Assembly: GCA_937950125.1 (NCBI GenBank)
Contig: CALFEP010000282.1
Span: 21,220 to 85,219, forward strand
DNA length: 64,000 nucleotides
Direction: 5' to 3'
Source: an uncultured Bacteroidota bacterium
GTDB lineage: Bacteria; Bacteroidota; Bacteroidia; Bacteroidales; 4484-276
A program made the position numbers and the translations under genes. This document shows, one piece after another, positions 27,011-36,867 of the stretch (the first letter of the stretch is position 1; each line of letters opens with the position of its first letter). The notes under the pieces are model-generated. The model saw nothing but the letters and a program-made list of their open reading frames with translations, searched no databases and was not told where the DNA came from.

Positions 27011-29596
27011 ATGAAAAGGTATTTTTTATGGCTGATGATGGCGGGTTTTTCACTTTTCTCCTTTTGCCTGCAGGCACAAATAAAAGTGACTGGAATAGTT
27101 GCAGACAGTTTGACAAATTCAGCAATTCCAGGGGCAAATGTTGTAATCGCAGGTACTAACATCGGAACTACTACCGGTATTAACGGGCATTTCAGCCTTG
27201 ATTTGCTGCCTGGAAATGATCAGTTGAAAATTTCGAATGTTGGTTATCTGACCAAAGTTTTAAAAATCGAATGTACCAAAGACACTCAATGTAATTTGGG
27301 CAGGATCTGGTTACAGACCAACACAATCACCCTACAGGAAATAAATATTTTATCCTCCGTTGCAGGCGAGAACACAACACCTGTTGCACTTTCAACTGTT
27401 CAGGCGAAACAAATCAGAGACCAGTTAGGCGATCAGCCATTTCCTGACATTCTGAAGATGACGCCCGGGGTGTATGCCACCAGGACAGGGGGCGGAAGTG
27501 GCGACGCTGAAGTGACCATCAGGGGTTTTCAGCAGGAAAATGTGGCTGTCCTGCTCAACGGAATACCTGTTTCGAGTGTCGAAAACGGGTTGGTTTACTG
27601 GAACAACTGGATCGGGTTGGCCGATGCCACGCAATCAATTCAGGTGCAACGGGGATTGGGGGCATCCAACGTGGCTTTGAACTCAATCGGAGGAACCATA
27701 AATATTGTAACCAAATCAACAGAGGCAAGTAAAGGAGGTTCCGTGGGTTTTTCGACCACAAATTATGGAAATTCAAAAATGTCGTTAAGCTTGTCATCGG
27801 GAAGAATGAACAATGGGTTTGCTGTAAATTTTCTGGGCGCACATACCCGCGGGCCTGGCTACGTTGATGCTACCAATGTTGAATCGTGGGCCTATTTTTT
27901 ATCGGTGAGCAAAGAATTCAGCAAAAACCATAAAATTGTATTTACCATTTTAGGGGCGCCTGAACGACATGGGCAGCGAAATCTAAAACTGTCGAAAGCA
28001 GAAATTGACAAACACGGGATTACCTATAACTTAGATTGGGGCAGCTACAATGGGGAGTTAAACAATGCCTCCGAAAATTTTTACCACAAACCTTACATCA
28101 CCCTCAACGATTACCTCCACATCAGCAACAGACTTTTCCTGGCTACCTCTGCCTACTTTTCACCCGGCTATGGCGGCGGAAAATGGACCGAAACATACGG
28201 CTACGGAACGCCAGGCGTTTTTGAATACCGGAATCCGTCGGGTCAGATTGATTGGGAAAAAATTTATCAAAACAATTTTTATCATACCGATACCGCCGTT
28301 TTAAGTACTGGCGAAAAAGTTACCGGATTTTCAAAAAATGTGCAAACCCATTTCTTGGCAAGCCATTTATGGGGTGGATTGCTTTCGCGGCTTGAGTTTG
28401 AAAAATCAGAACATGCAAAGTTCACGGCTGGTGCTCATTTCAGGCACTTCACCTCAAAACTGCAGGAAAAAGTAGCCGATTTGTTGGGTGGTAATTACTT
28501 TATTGACGATTATGCCTGGGCTGTGGATGGCGCGTCTGGCCGCGACCAGATTAAAACCGTGGGTGATGTGATAAAAATCAACAACGGCGCCTGGAATCCT
28601 TCGGCAAGTATTTTTCTTCAGGCTGATTTTAATTACAAAAGGATTAACGGATTTGTAAGTGGTACACTGACCAATACCTGGTACAAGCGGTGGGACAAAT
28701 ACAACTATGTTGAAAATACCATCAGCGAAATTCTCAGCCGAACGGGTTACGATATTAAAGCAGGGATAAGTTACCGATTGCAGCCGGATCTGGATGTTTA
28801 CCTCAATGGGGGAAATTTTTCGCGTACACCTTATTACAAATATGTGTTTGGAAATTTTACCAACGTTGCCACCAAGGACCTGGCCAACGAAACGGTAAGA
28901 ATATTCGAATTGGGCTGCAGGTTTCGTGGCGAATATGTTAGTATGAATTTAAACGGGTATTATTCGCAATGGCTGGATAAAAATTTCCTTTCAAACGAGT
29001 ACATTCAACTCGAAAACAACACACAGACCCGAGCATTGGTTACCGGACTTGATGCATTGCACCAGGGAATTGAGCTCGAACTTTCGTCTTCAGTCACCAG
29101 TTATTTAAAGCTGGGCGGATTACTTTCAGCAGGCAAATGGAAATGGCAGAATGATGTTTCGGCTACCCTTTTCAATGATCAGAATCAGGCCGTTGATACG
29201 GTTAATGTTTATGCAAAGGGACTTTTTGTTGGAGGCGCGCCTCAGTTTCAGGCAGGCTTGTTTGGAAAAATCAGGCTCATGAAGCAGGTTGAGGTTACCG
29301 GCAACTGGATATTCAACGATAAAATTTACAGCAGTTTCGATCCAACCAACCGTAAAAACCCTGACGACCGCCGTCAGTCGTGGCAATTACCCGCTTATTC
29401 ACTGTTGGATGTGCATGTTTCGGTACCGTTTAGGTTTTTGGAACAAAATGCTGCTTTCAATGTGAGCTGTTTCAATGTTTTTGATAAAGCGCACATTGTC
29501 AGGGGAGAAGATGGTGCTGAGCATGATGAGGCAAGTTTTACCGGTTTCTGGGGGTTTGGCAGGAATTTCAGTTTTGCACTTCATTTAAGTTTTTGA
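27011..29596 (+). CDS. TonB-dependent receptor (CarboxypepD_reg + plug + barrel), probable corrinoid transporter
   Basis: Signal peptide MKRYFLWLMMAGFSLFSFCLQAQ, carboxypeptidase-regulatory-like domain (IKVTGIVADSLTNSAIPGANVVIAG...), plug, and a terminal aromatic ...LHLSF. The track start at 26858 is a TTG upstream of the attenuator. Confidence 0.85.
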   Translation: MKRYFLWLMMAGFSLFSFCLQAQIKVTGIVADSLTNSAIPGANVVIAGTNIGTTTGINGHFSLDLLPGNDQLKISNVGYLTKVLKIECTKDTQCNLGRIWLQTNTITLQEINILSSVAGENTTPVALSTVQAKQIRDQLGDQPFPDILKMTPGVYATRTGGGSGDAEVTIRGFQQENVAVLLNGIPVSSVENGLVYWNNWIGLADATQSIQVQRGLGASNVALNSIGGTINIVTKSTEASKGGSVGFSTTNYGNSKMSLSLSSGRMNNGFAVNFLGAHTRGPGYVDATNVESWAYFLSVSKEFSKNHKIVFTILGAPERHGQRNLKLSKAEIDKHGITYNLDWGSYNGELNNASENFYHKPYITLNDYLHISNRLFLATSAYFSPGYGGGKWTETYGYGTPGVFEYRNPSGQIDWEKIYQNNFYHTDTAVLSTGEKVTGFSKNVQTHFLASHLWGGLLSRLEFEKSEHAKFTAGAHFRHFTSKLQEKVADLLGGNYFIDDYAWAVDGASGRDQIKTVGDVIKINNGAWNPSASIFLQADFNYKRINGFVSGTLTNTWYKRWDKYNYVENTISEILSRTGYDIKAGISYRLQPDLDVYLNGGNFSRTPYYKYVFGNFTNVATKDLANETVRIFELGCRFRGEYVSMNLNGYYSQWLDKNFLSNEYIQLENNTQTRALVTGLDALHQGIELELSSSVTSYLKLGGLLSAGKWKWQNDVSATLFNDQNQAVDTVNVYAKGLFVGGAPQFQAGLFGKIRLMKQVEVTGNWIFNDKIYSSFDPTNRKNPDDRRQSWQLPAYSLLDVHVSVPFRFLEQNAAFNVSCFNVFDKAHIVRGEDGAEHDEASFTGFWGFGRNFSFALHLSF

Positions 29597-29900
29597 TAAT
29601 CAATACAAACTTTTAGCTTCGTTTGCCGAAAACGACTTTTAAAGCTTCATCAGTTAACAAAAATTTAATCATTGCTTAAACCTTACTTTAGTACATAAAA
29701 CTATTTTTGCCGGAAATTTTTGGATTATCTGAGATAATGGAAGGCCGAAAAAATGTTAACGTTGCAGGATAAGTATTTTAATATTAATGTTTTAGGTTGT
29801 TAATAACATGTGGGTCGGCCTTTGATCCAAACCACATAAAAATTTTAGTTTTATTGCTCGAAAAGAACCAGAATTTTCACTAATAACAAAATTTAAATTT

Positions 29901-32900
29901 ATGAAGAAAACGTTACTAAAAATGTTCTTTGCAGTGTCGTTACTCATTGTAAGCCAGTACATCAGCGCTCAGGTGACCACTGCAGGTATCAACGGACGAG
30001 TTCTTGGCACCAACAAGGAATCCTTACCAGGTGCTACCGTAGTTGCAGTTCATGTAGCTTCGGGTTCACAGTATGGAACAACCGCCGATATTGACGGGTA
30101 TTTCCGTATTCTCGACATGCGTGTTGGCGGTCCTTACACAGTAACCGTATCCTACGTAGGCTACAAACCCTTTACCAGGGAAAACATTTACCTTAACCTT
30201 GGTCAGACTTACGGAGTAGATGTAACGCTCTCGGAGCAGTCGGCAGAAATTGCTGGGGTTGAAGTAGTGGGTGTACGCAACGATTTGTTCGATGGTAACC
30301 GCACAGGTGCTGTTACCAATGTCAACAATCAGCAAATTAGCGCCCTTCCTACCATCAGCCGCAGTATCAACGACTACACCCGCCTTTCACCATACACCGG
30401 CGTTGGCAATAGCTTTGCCGGTCGTGATGGCCGTTACAACAACATTACCATTGATGGTGCAAACTTCAACAACAACTTTGGTTTAAGTTCAAAAAACCTG
30501 CCTGGTGGTGATGCACAGCCTATCAGCCTCGATGCCATCGAAGAAATTTCGGTGAACATTGCTCCCTTCGACATTCGTCAGTCAAATTTTACAGGCGCTA
30601 ACATCAACGCTGTAACCCGCGGTGGTGACAATACTTTCAAAGGTTCCGCCTATACATTTTTCAGGAACAAATCACTCACCGGAAAATACGTAGGGGACGA
30701 TACGCTCACACTATCAAAAAACACAACCAATGTGTTCGGAGCCAGAGTTGGTGGTCCAATCATTAAGGATAAGCTTTTCTTTTTTGTAAATGCTGAAACC
30801 GAAAAGTCAATTTATCCAGGAATTCTCTGGAATCCAAGCGATCCTGAAAACGGGATAGAAGCTGATCCTGACAATTATATCTCAAGAACCACTGTTACTG
30901 ATCTTGAAACAATGCGTCAGCACCTGATCAATACTTATGGTTACGATCCGGGAAATTATCAGGGTTTTGGCGACTTTGAAAGCAAAAACAATAAATTTTT
31001 GGCAAAAATTGACTGGAACATTCACAAAAATCACAAACTGACTGTTCGTTACAACTATGTTAAATCAACCAATAATCAGGAAGTAAATGCTACCAGTGCA
31101 CCATTGCCACGTTCAAGCTATGGACGTATCGGAGCCTATTCTATGGCTTTCGAAAAAGCAAACTACAACTTCCTCAACACAGTTTCTTCTTTAACCGCAG
31201 AATTGAACAGTGTTTTGGGCAACAAAGTATCGAACAAATTCCTTGTTACCTATACCAAAATCAGGGATACCAGAGACAGCGACAGTGAAGAATTTCCGTT
31301 TATTGATATTTACGAAGACGGTAACCCCTACATGAGCTTTGGATATGAGTTGTTTACTTATGAAAATGATGTTAAAAACAACATTTTCTCTATTACCGAC
31401 AATGTATCCTACTTCCTGGGTAAACACACCCTCACGGCAGGTTTTTCTTTTGAGCACATGTACTTTGGGAACAGCTACAAACGCTATGGCACAAGCTATT
31501 ACCGCTATGCATCAATGGACGATTTCATGACAGGAGCCGCTCCGATAGCATTTGGTTTGACATATCCATATGAAAACGCCGGCGACGGTTACGCTGAATT
31601 GAATTTTGGATGGGGAAGCCTTTATGCACAGGACGAATTTCAGGCTACCGATAATTTAAAACTTACCGGTGGATTGAGGTTTGAAACCCCATTCTATTTT
31701 GATGATTTGTTGACAAATGCTTCAATTTCAGAACTTACTTTTAAAGATAAGGACGGAAATGATTTGAAACTGGATGTTAGCAAATGGCCTGATTCAAAAG
31801 TAATGGTATCACCACGTATCGGTTTCAACTGGGATGCTTTGGGCGACAAAACGTTGCAGGTTCGTGGAGGTACAGGTCTGTTTACAGGACGTTTGCCATT
31901 TGTCTGGTTCACCAACCAGCCAACAAACAGCGGCACATTGCAGAACACCATCGAAATTACAGACAGTGCTACCTTATCAACATTGATTTTCAACAAAGAT
32001 CCGCTGGCCCATCTGTCAAAATTCCCGACTCAGCCGGGAAGCACACCTCCGGGTAATATTGCAGTTGTTGGCAAAGATTTTAAGATGCCTCAGGTTTGGA
32101 GAACCAATCTTGCCGCCGACTACAAATTGCCGGTCTCGGATCTCGTTTTTACATTTGAATTCATGTACACAAAAGACATGAATCCTATAGTACAGTACAA
32201 TGCCAACCAGGTTACTCCAACTGATAAATTTAACGGCCCCGACGACAGGTATAAATTCCCCTCAGGAACAGCCAACAGACGTATCAATCCAGGTATTGCT
32301 ACCGCGATGGTTCTCGATAATGGAGATGAAGGATATGGCTATTCACTTACCTTCCAGTTGGCCAAACCATTCAGAAAAGGATTCTTCGGCACACTTGCCT
32401 ATACCTACACACTGTCGAAAGACTTGTCGGCAAATCCTGGTTCAGCAGCCAATTCAGCATGGCAGAGCAACCCATCCATCAACCACCAGAACGATCCTGA
32501 GCTGAGCTACTCACAATTTGCTGTTCCTCACCGCATTGTTGGTGCGCTTTCGTACTACCTCGAATATGCTAAACATTTAGGAACTACCTTTTCATTGTAC
32601 TATTCAGGAAGCAACCAGGGACGCCTTACCTATATTTATTCAAACGACATGAATGGCGATGGCAATACTGCTGACATTATGTACATACCAAAAGATGAAT
32701 CTGAAATTCAATTTGTTGATATTGTATCAGGTGGTAACGTTGTTTACACCGCCGCTGAACAAAGTACTGCTTTCTGGGCTTATGTCAATCAGGACGATTA
32801 CCTGAAAGAACACAAAGGTGAATATGCAGAACGTTATGGTACCTTAATGCCCTGGTATCACCGTATGGATTTAAGAATCCTGCAGGATGTTTTCACCAAT

Positions 32901-33173
32901 GTAGGTAAAAACCAGACAAAACACTCATTACAAATCAGCCTTGATCTATTGAATTTTGCCAATTTACTCAACAGAGATTGGGGAATTTACAAACGTCAGG
33001 TGCTCGGAACTTACGACATCACCTTGTTGAGATACGAAGGTGTTGACGACAACGGTACTCCAAAATACACCCTGAACCGCACCGGTGGCAAATTGCCAAC
33101 CGAAACTTTCACAAATGTACTTTCCACAAGCAGTACATGGGGTGCACAAATTGGGATCAGGTACACATTCTAA
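29901..33173 (+). CDS. TonB-dependent receptor, large Oar-like type (no SusD partner)
   Basis: 1090 aa with signal peptide MKKTLLKMFFAVSLLIVSQYISAQ, a CarboxypepD_reg domain, plug, long barrel, and terminal ...GIRYTF. Confidence 0.85.
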   Translation: MKKTLLKMFFAVSLLIVSQYISAQVTTAGINGRVLGTNKESLPGATVVAVHVASGSQYGTTADIDGYFRILDMRVGGPYTVTVSYVGYKPFTRENIYLNLGQTYGVDVTLSEQSAEIAGVEVVGVRNDLFDGNRTGAVTNVNNQQISALPTISRSINDYTRLSPYTGVGNSFAGRDGRYNNITIDGANFNNNFGLSSKNLPGGDAQPISLDAIEEISVNIAPFDIRQSNFTGANINAVTRGGDNTFKGSAYTFFRNKSLTGKYVGDDTLTLSKNTTNVFGARVGGPIIKDKLFFFVNAETEKSIYPGILWNPSDPENGIEADPDNYISRTTVTDLETMRQHLINTYGYDPGNYQGFGDFESKNNKFLAKIDWNIHKNHKLTVRYNYVKSTNNQEVNATSAPLPRSSYGRIGAYSMAFEKANYNFLNTVSSLTAELNSVLGNKVSNKFLVTYTKIRDTRDSDSEEFPFIDIYEDGNPYMSFGYELFTYENDVKNNIFSITDNVSYFLGKHTLTAGFSFEHMYFGNSYKRYGTSYYRYASMDDFMTGAAPIAFGLTYPYENAGDGYAELNFGWGSLYAQDEFQATDNLKLTGGLRFETPFYFDDLLTNASISELTFKDKDGNDLKLDVSKWPDSKVMVSPRIGFNWDALGDKTLQVRGGTGLFTGRLPFVWFTNQPTNSGTLQNTIEITDSATLSTLIFNKDPLAHLSKFPTQPGSTPPGNIAVVGKDFKMPQVWRTNLAADYKLPVSDLVFTFEFMYTKDMNPIVQYNANQVTPTDKFNGPDDRYKFPSGTANRRINPGIATAMVLDNGDEGYGYSLTFQLAKPFRKGFFGTLAYTYTLSKDLSANPGSAANSAWQSNPSINHQNDPELSYSQFAVPHRIVGALSYYLEYAKHLGTTFSLYYSGSNQGRLTYIYSNDMNGDGNTADIMYIPKDESEIQFVDIVSGGNVVYTAAEQSTAFWAYVNQDDYLKEHKGEYAERYGTLMPWYHRMDLRILQDVFTNVGKNQTKHSLQISLDLLNFANLLNRDWGIYKRQVLGTYDITLLRYEGVDDNGTPKYTLNRTGGKLPTETFTNVLSTSSTWGAQIGIRYTF

Positions 33174-33197
33174 CGAATTTTTAACACTTAATAAAAA

Positions 33198-33227
33198 AGT
33201 CCTTCCTGCGCAGGAGGGACTTTTTTA
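33198..33227 (+). terminator. Intrinsic terminator after the receptor gene
   Basis: AGTCCTTCCTG / CAGGAGGGACT stem followed by TTTTTT. Confidence 0.8.
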
Positions 33228-33256
33228 TTAAATAAATTGCTAATTGAAAAGGATTT

Positions 33257-34456
33257 ATGAAAAAAGCAACATTTCTTTTTCTGTTTGTTCTTTTTGTATT
33301 CTCGTGCAAACAGGTTGAGAAAGAAAAAAGCTATCTCGTCATTCTGTCCATGGACGGTTTCCGCTGGGATTACACAACCAAAACCCAAACCCCTAATTTT
33401 GATAAATTGGCCGAAATGGGTGTTAAAGCTGAGGCCATAATCCCATCATTTCCAACCAAAACATTCCCAAATCATTACACTATGGCCACCGGCCTGTACC
33501 CCGATCATCATGGTATTGTGATGAATAGCTTTTACGACAGTTTGCTGAAAAAATCCTATTCAATTGGAAACAGAGAAGCCGTTGGAAATGGCGATTTTTA
33601 TGGCGGAGAACCTGTGTGGGTAACCGCAGAGAAACAGGGACTTACTACAGCTTCTTTGTTTTGGGTAGGCTCCGAAGCCGAAATCAAAGGCATGAGACCA
33701 ACCACCTGGAAACCTTACGTCCCGAATATGCCTTATGGTGACAGGATTGACACAGTGATTTCGTGGCTAAACCGTCCTGACGATAAAAGGCCGGACCTGA
33801 TTATGTGGTATTTCGACCAGCCCGACAGCGACGGCCATGACTTTGGCCCCGACAGCCCGGAAATGGTTGCACGAATTGAACATCTCGACAGCCTGCTCGG
33901 CGTATTCCTGAATAAACTGGAAAAATTACCTCTTGCTGATAAAGTTAATCTTATTGTGACTTCTGACCATGGGATGGGTTCGATCAGCGATGATCGTGTT
34001 GTAATGCTCAATCAATATCTTGACACAGTGTGGATAAAAAGAATCAAAGGCAGCAACCCTGCCTTTCTGATTGAACCGAAACCCGGCTTCGACGATGAAA
34101 TTGAGCTTGCTCTTAAAACTGTTGACCACATTAAAACCTGGCGAAAAAACCAAATCCCCCAAAGGCTGCATTATGGCAATAATCACAGAATCTCTGAATT
34201 TATTGTAGTTGCCGACAGTGCCTGGAGCGTCTTCTGGGATAAAAAAAGTAAATACTTAGGGGGAACCCACGGTTATGACAATCAAAATAAAGACATGCAC
34301 GCCATTTTTTATGCTTTTGGACCGGCTTTCAAACCGGGATATCAGCACAAAGCCTTTAACAATGTTGACCTGTATAATTTAATGTGCAAAATTCTCAAAC
34401 TTAACCCTGCGCCCAATGATGGTGAGGTGTCGAATATTTTACCGATGTTAGACTAA
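33257..34456 (+). CDS. Ectonucleotide pyrophosphatase/phosphodiesterase (NPP, alkaline-phosphatase superfamily)
   Basis: Lipoprotein-like signal ...LFVFSC. NPP core motifs SMDGFRWDY, FPTKTFPNHYTMATGLYPDHHGIV and TSDHGM. Confidence 0.85.
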   Translation: MKKATFLFLFVLFVFSCKQVEKEKSYLVILSMDGFRWDYTTKTQTPNFDKLAEMGVKAEAIIPSFPTKTFPNHYTMATGLYPDHHGIVMNSFYDSLLKKSYSIGNREAVGNGDFYGGEPVWVTAEKQGLTTASLFWVGSEAEIKGMRPTTWKPYVPNMPYGDRIDTVISWLNRPDDKRPDLIMWYFDQPDSDGHDFGPDSPEMVARIEHLDSLLGVFLNKLEKLPLADKVNLIVTSDHGMGSISDDRVVMLNQYLDTVWIKRIKGSNPAFLIEPKPGFDDEIELALKTVDHIKTWRKNQIPQRLHYGNNHRISEFIVVADSAWSVFWDKKSKYLGGTHGYDNQNKDMHAIFYAFGPAFKPGYQHKAFNNVDLYNLMCKILKLNPAPNDGEVSNILPMLD

Positions 34457-34463
34457 TTTGCTG

Positions 34464-35048
34464 ATGACCAACAAAATTGCTCACCATTTCAACCTCATCC
34501 TTGCTTCCAGGTCTCCACGAAGGCAAGAACTGCTGCACTCACTTGGCTTTGATTTCGAGATAAGGGTGAGACCTGTTGACGAAAGTTTTCCCGACTATTT
34601 ATCGATGCAGGAAGTAGCCCTTTACTTATGCGAAAAAAAAGCAGATGCATTCAATAAAGGTGAATTAGCCCCAAACGAACTGGTCATAACTGCTGATACA
34701 ATAGTTTGTGTTGATAATGAAATACTTAATAAGCCAGACGATCGAATTCATGCCATCGAAATGCTGCAAAAACTTTCTGGAAGAAAACACAGTGTAATTA
34801 CCGGAGTTTGCCTGAAATCATCTCAAAAGCAGCATTCTTTTTACGATTCAACCGACGTCTATTTCCGTAAAATGAGCCTTGAAGAGATTGAATTTTACGT
34901 TGATCATTTTCAACCATTCGATAAAGCCGGCGCATATGGAATTCAGGAATGGATTGGGTGTGCTGCGATCGAAAAAATTGATGGTTCGTACTTTAATGTT
35001 GTTGGATTGCCTACAGCCTTGCTTTACAAGGAATTGCTAACGTTTTAG
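34464..35048 (+). CDS. maf: Maf-family nucleoside-triphosphate pyrophosphatase
   Basis: LILASRSPRRQELL, ITADTIV and DKAGAYGIQ motifs. The track start at 34458 is a TTG. Confidence 0.9.
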   Translation: MTNKIAHHFNLILASRSPRRQELLHSLGFDFEIRVRPVDESFPDYLSMQEVALYLCEKKADAFNKGELAPNELVITADTIVCVDNEILNKPDDRIHAIEMLQKLSGRKHSVITGVCLKSSQKQHSFYDSTDVYFRKMSLEEIEFYVDHFQPFDKAGAYGIQEWIGCAAIEKIDGSYFNVVGLPTALLYKELLTF

Positions 35049-35121
35049 TCGTTTATCCAACAAAACCCATCCAAAAATTGTTTATTCTGTAATCATTACT
35101 TTTGCGCCCAAAAAACATTTG

Positions 35122-35712
35122 ATGGAACGAAAAAGCCTTTTCAGAATTTTGCTCAACTATTTTCTTCAGGGATTGCTCTACATTGGGCCGCTCACAGTTA
35201 CAATTTACGCCATAGTGGTCACTTTCCAGTGGTTGGATGGTCTTTTGTATCACTATATTGAAGAATATTTTGACGTGAAAATACCTGGACTTGGAATTCT
35301 TACGGTTTTTATTGTCATAACCGTTGTAGGATTTCTGGGCTCTACCATACTTTTCCGGCCACTTGTTGCCCGCATCGACCGAACCATTTCGGGTGCTCCA
35401 CTCATCAAAATTGTTTATACCTCAGTAAAAGATTTGCTCTCGGCATTTGTCGGGCAAAAGAAACGGTTCACACAACCTGTTCTGGTTAAAGTAACCGCCG
35501 ATGGTGAAATGGAAAAAGTGGGTTTTATCACCAACGAAGATCTTACAGAATTGGGGATTACTGACAAAAAAGTGGCCGTTTACCTGCCACATTCTTATGC
35601 CTGGTCGGGAAATCTCTTTATTGTGCCTGCCAAAAATGTAACCAAAATAGAAGCTTCATCCACAGATGTGATGAAATACATCATATCGGGGGGAGTGACC
35701 AAATTAAATTAA
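35122..35712 (+). CDS. DUF502-family membrane protein
   Basis: Two N-terminal TM helices with ...LQGLLYIGPLTVTIY... and a conserved soluble C-domain. The track start at 35119 is a TTG. Confidence 0.7.
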   Translation: MERKSLFRILLNYFLQGLLYIGPLTVTIYAIVVTFQWLDGLLYHYIEEYFDVKIPGLGILTVFIVITVVGFLGSTILFRPLVARIDRTISGAPLIKIVYTSVKDLLSAFVGQKKRFTQPVLVKVTADGEMEKVGFITNEDLTELGITDKKVAVYLPHSYAWSGNLFIVPAKNVTKIEASSTDVMKYIISGGVTKLN

Positions 35713-35731
35713 TGATATTAAGTAAATTAAG

Positions 35732-36532
35732 ATGAAAAAACCTGTGATATTGGTGACCAACGATGACGGAATTCATGCACCAGGAATAAGAAACCTGATT
35801 GATGTCATGCGCAAAATTGGCGATGTTGTGGTGGTGGCTCCCGATAGTCCCCGTTCAGGGCAGGGTCACGCAATTACTGTTTCCAATCCGTTAAGGTTAA
35901 AAAAGATAACCGAAGAAGATGGATACCGGGAGTATAGCTGCAATGGCACCCCGGTTGATTGCGTAAAATTGGGCACACAAATAGTCCTCAGGCACAAACC
36001 CGATTTGTTGGTTTCGGGAATCAATCATGGTTCCAACGCTTCCATCAACGTAATTTACTCGGGCACAATGGCAGCAGCATTGGAAGCAGCCATCGATCAG
36101 ATTCCTGCCATTGGATTTTCGCTGGACGATTATTCTGCCAAAGCCGATTTTAGCCATACCCTTCAGTGGATTGAATTGATTACCCGCAAGGTTCTGGACG
36201 ATGGAATTCCCAAAGGTGTTTGTATCAATGTTAATTTTCCAAAAATCAGACAAGAGCCAATCAGAGGTATTAAGGTTTGCCGGCAGGCCATGGGCTCGTG
36301 GGTGGAGGAATTTGATGAACGTAAAGACCCTCATGGTCGGGATTATTACTGGATTACAGGGCTTTTTAGTAACCCCGACCATGTAGAAGGAACCGACACC
36401 TGGGCCATGGAAAACAATTTTGCGGCACTCGTTCCCATGAAATTCGATTTTACGAGCCACGAAACCATACATGGGCTGAAACATTTTAACCTTGATGTTG
36501 TTTTTGCACCATCGGCTATTGCAAATAACTAA
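35732..36532 (+). CDS. surE: 5'/3'-nucleotidase SurE
   Basis: ILVTNDDGIHAPGI and SGINHGSN...YSGTMAAA motifs. Confidence 0.93.
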   Translation: MKKPVILVTNDDGIHAPGIRNLIDVMRKIGDVVVVAPDSPRSGQGHAITVSNPLRLKKITEEDGYREYSCNGTPVDCVKLGTQIVLRHKPDLLVSGINHGSNASINVIYSGTMAAALEAAIDQIPAIGFSLDDYSAKADFSHTLQWIELITRKVLDDGIPKGVCINVNFPKIRQEPIRGIKVCRQAMGSWVEEFDERKDPHGRDYYWITGLFSNPDHVEGTDTWAMENNFAALVPMKFDFTSHETIHGLKHFNLDVVFAPSAIANN

Positions 36533-36570
36533 TATTACACAACTTACATTTAGCACCCGACTTTTATCTG

Positions 36571-36867
36571 ATGAACAGATTTCTGAATTATTTTAAAAAA
36601 GACGATTATGCCTTCGGGGCTTTCCTGGGGTTGATTGCGCCTGTTAGCCTCCTGGCAATCATTCATTTCGCTACAGTATATTTTATCAGGATTTTTGATG
36701 CTGGCAATTTTCAGGTTGGCAAATTTTATCCTTTTTCAATCCTGCTTAATCTGCTTTTTATCAGGCTTTATCTGGTAAACCTGAAAATGGAAAAAACAGG
36801 CAAAAGTGTCGTGGCTGTTACCTTTCTTATCATTATACTTTATTTCGTTTTTGTTGGTAAACCATGA
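36571..36867 (+). CDS. Small integral membrane protein, unknown function
   Basis: 98 aa with three predicted TM helices. Its stop overlaps the lpxB start (ATGA). Confidence 0.55.
   Translation: MNRFLNYFKKDDYAFGAFLGLIAPVSLLAIIHFATVYFIRIFDAGNFQVGKFYPFSILLNLLFIRLYLVNLKMEKTGKSVVAVTFLIIILYFVFVGKP

Noticed and set aside
35897-36556. Long antisense ORFs: 219 aa opposite surE, plus 58426-59052 opposite nqrF, 40203-40715 opposite the SGNH gene, 19414-19959 opposite the HD gene, 37176-37616 opposite lpxB, 15481-15924 opposite DUF349 and 24696-25046 opposite the peroxiredoxin
   Set aside because: Each overlaps a confidently identified gene with strong family motifs. Their translations have no motifs and skewed composition, so they are typical shadow ORFs.
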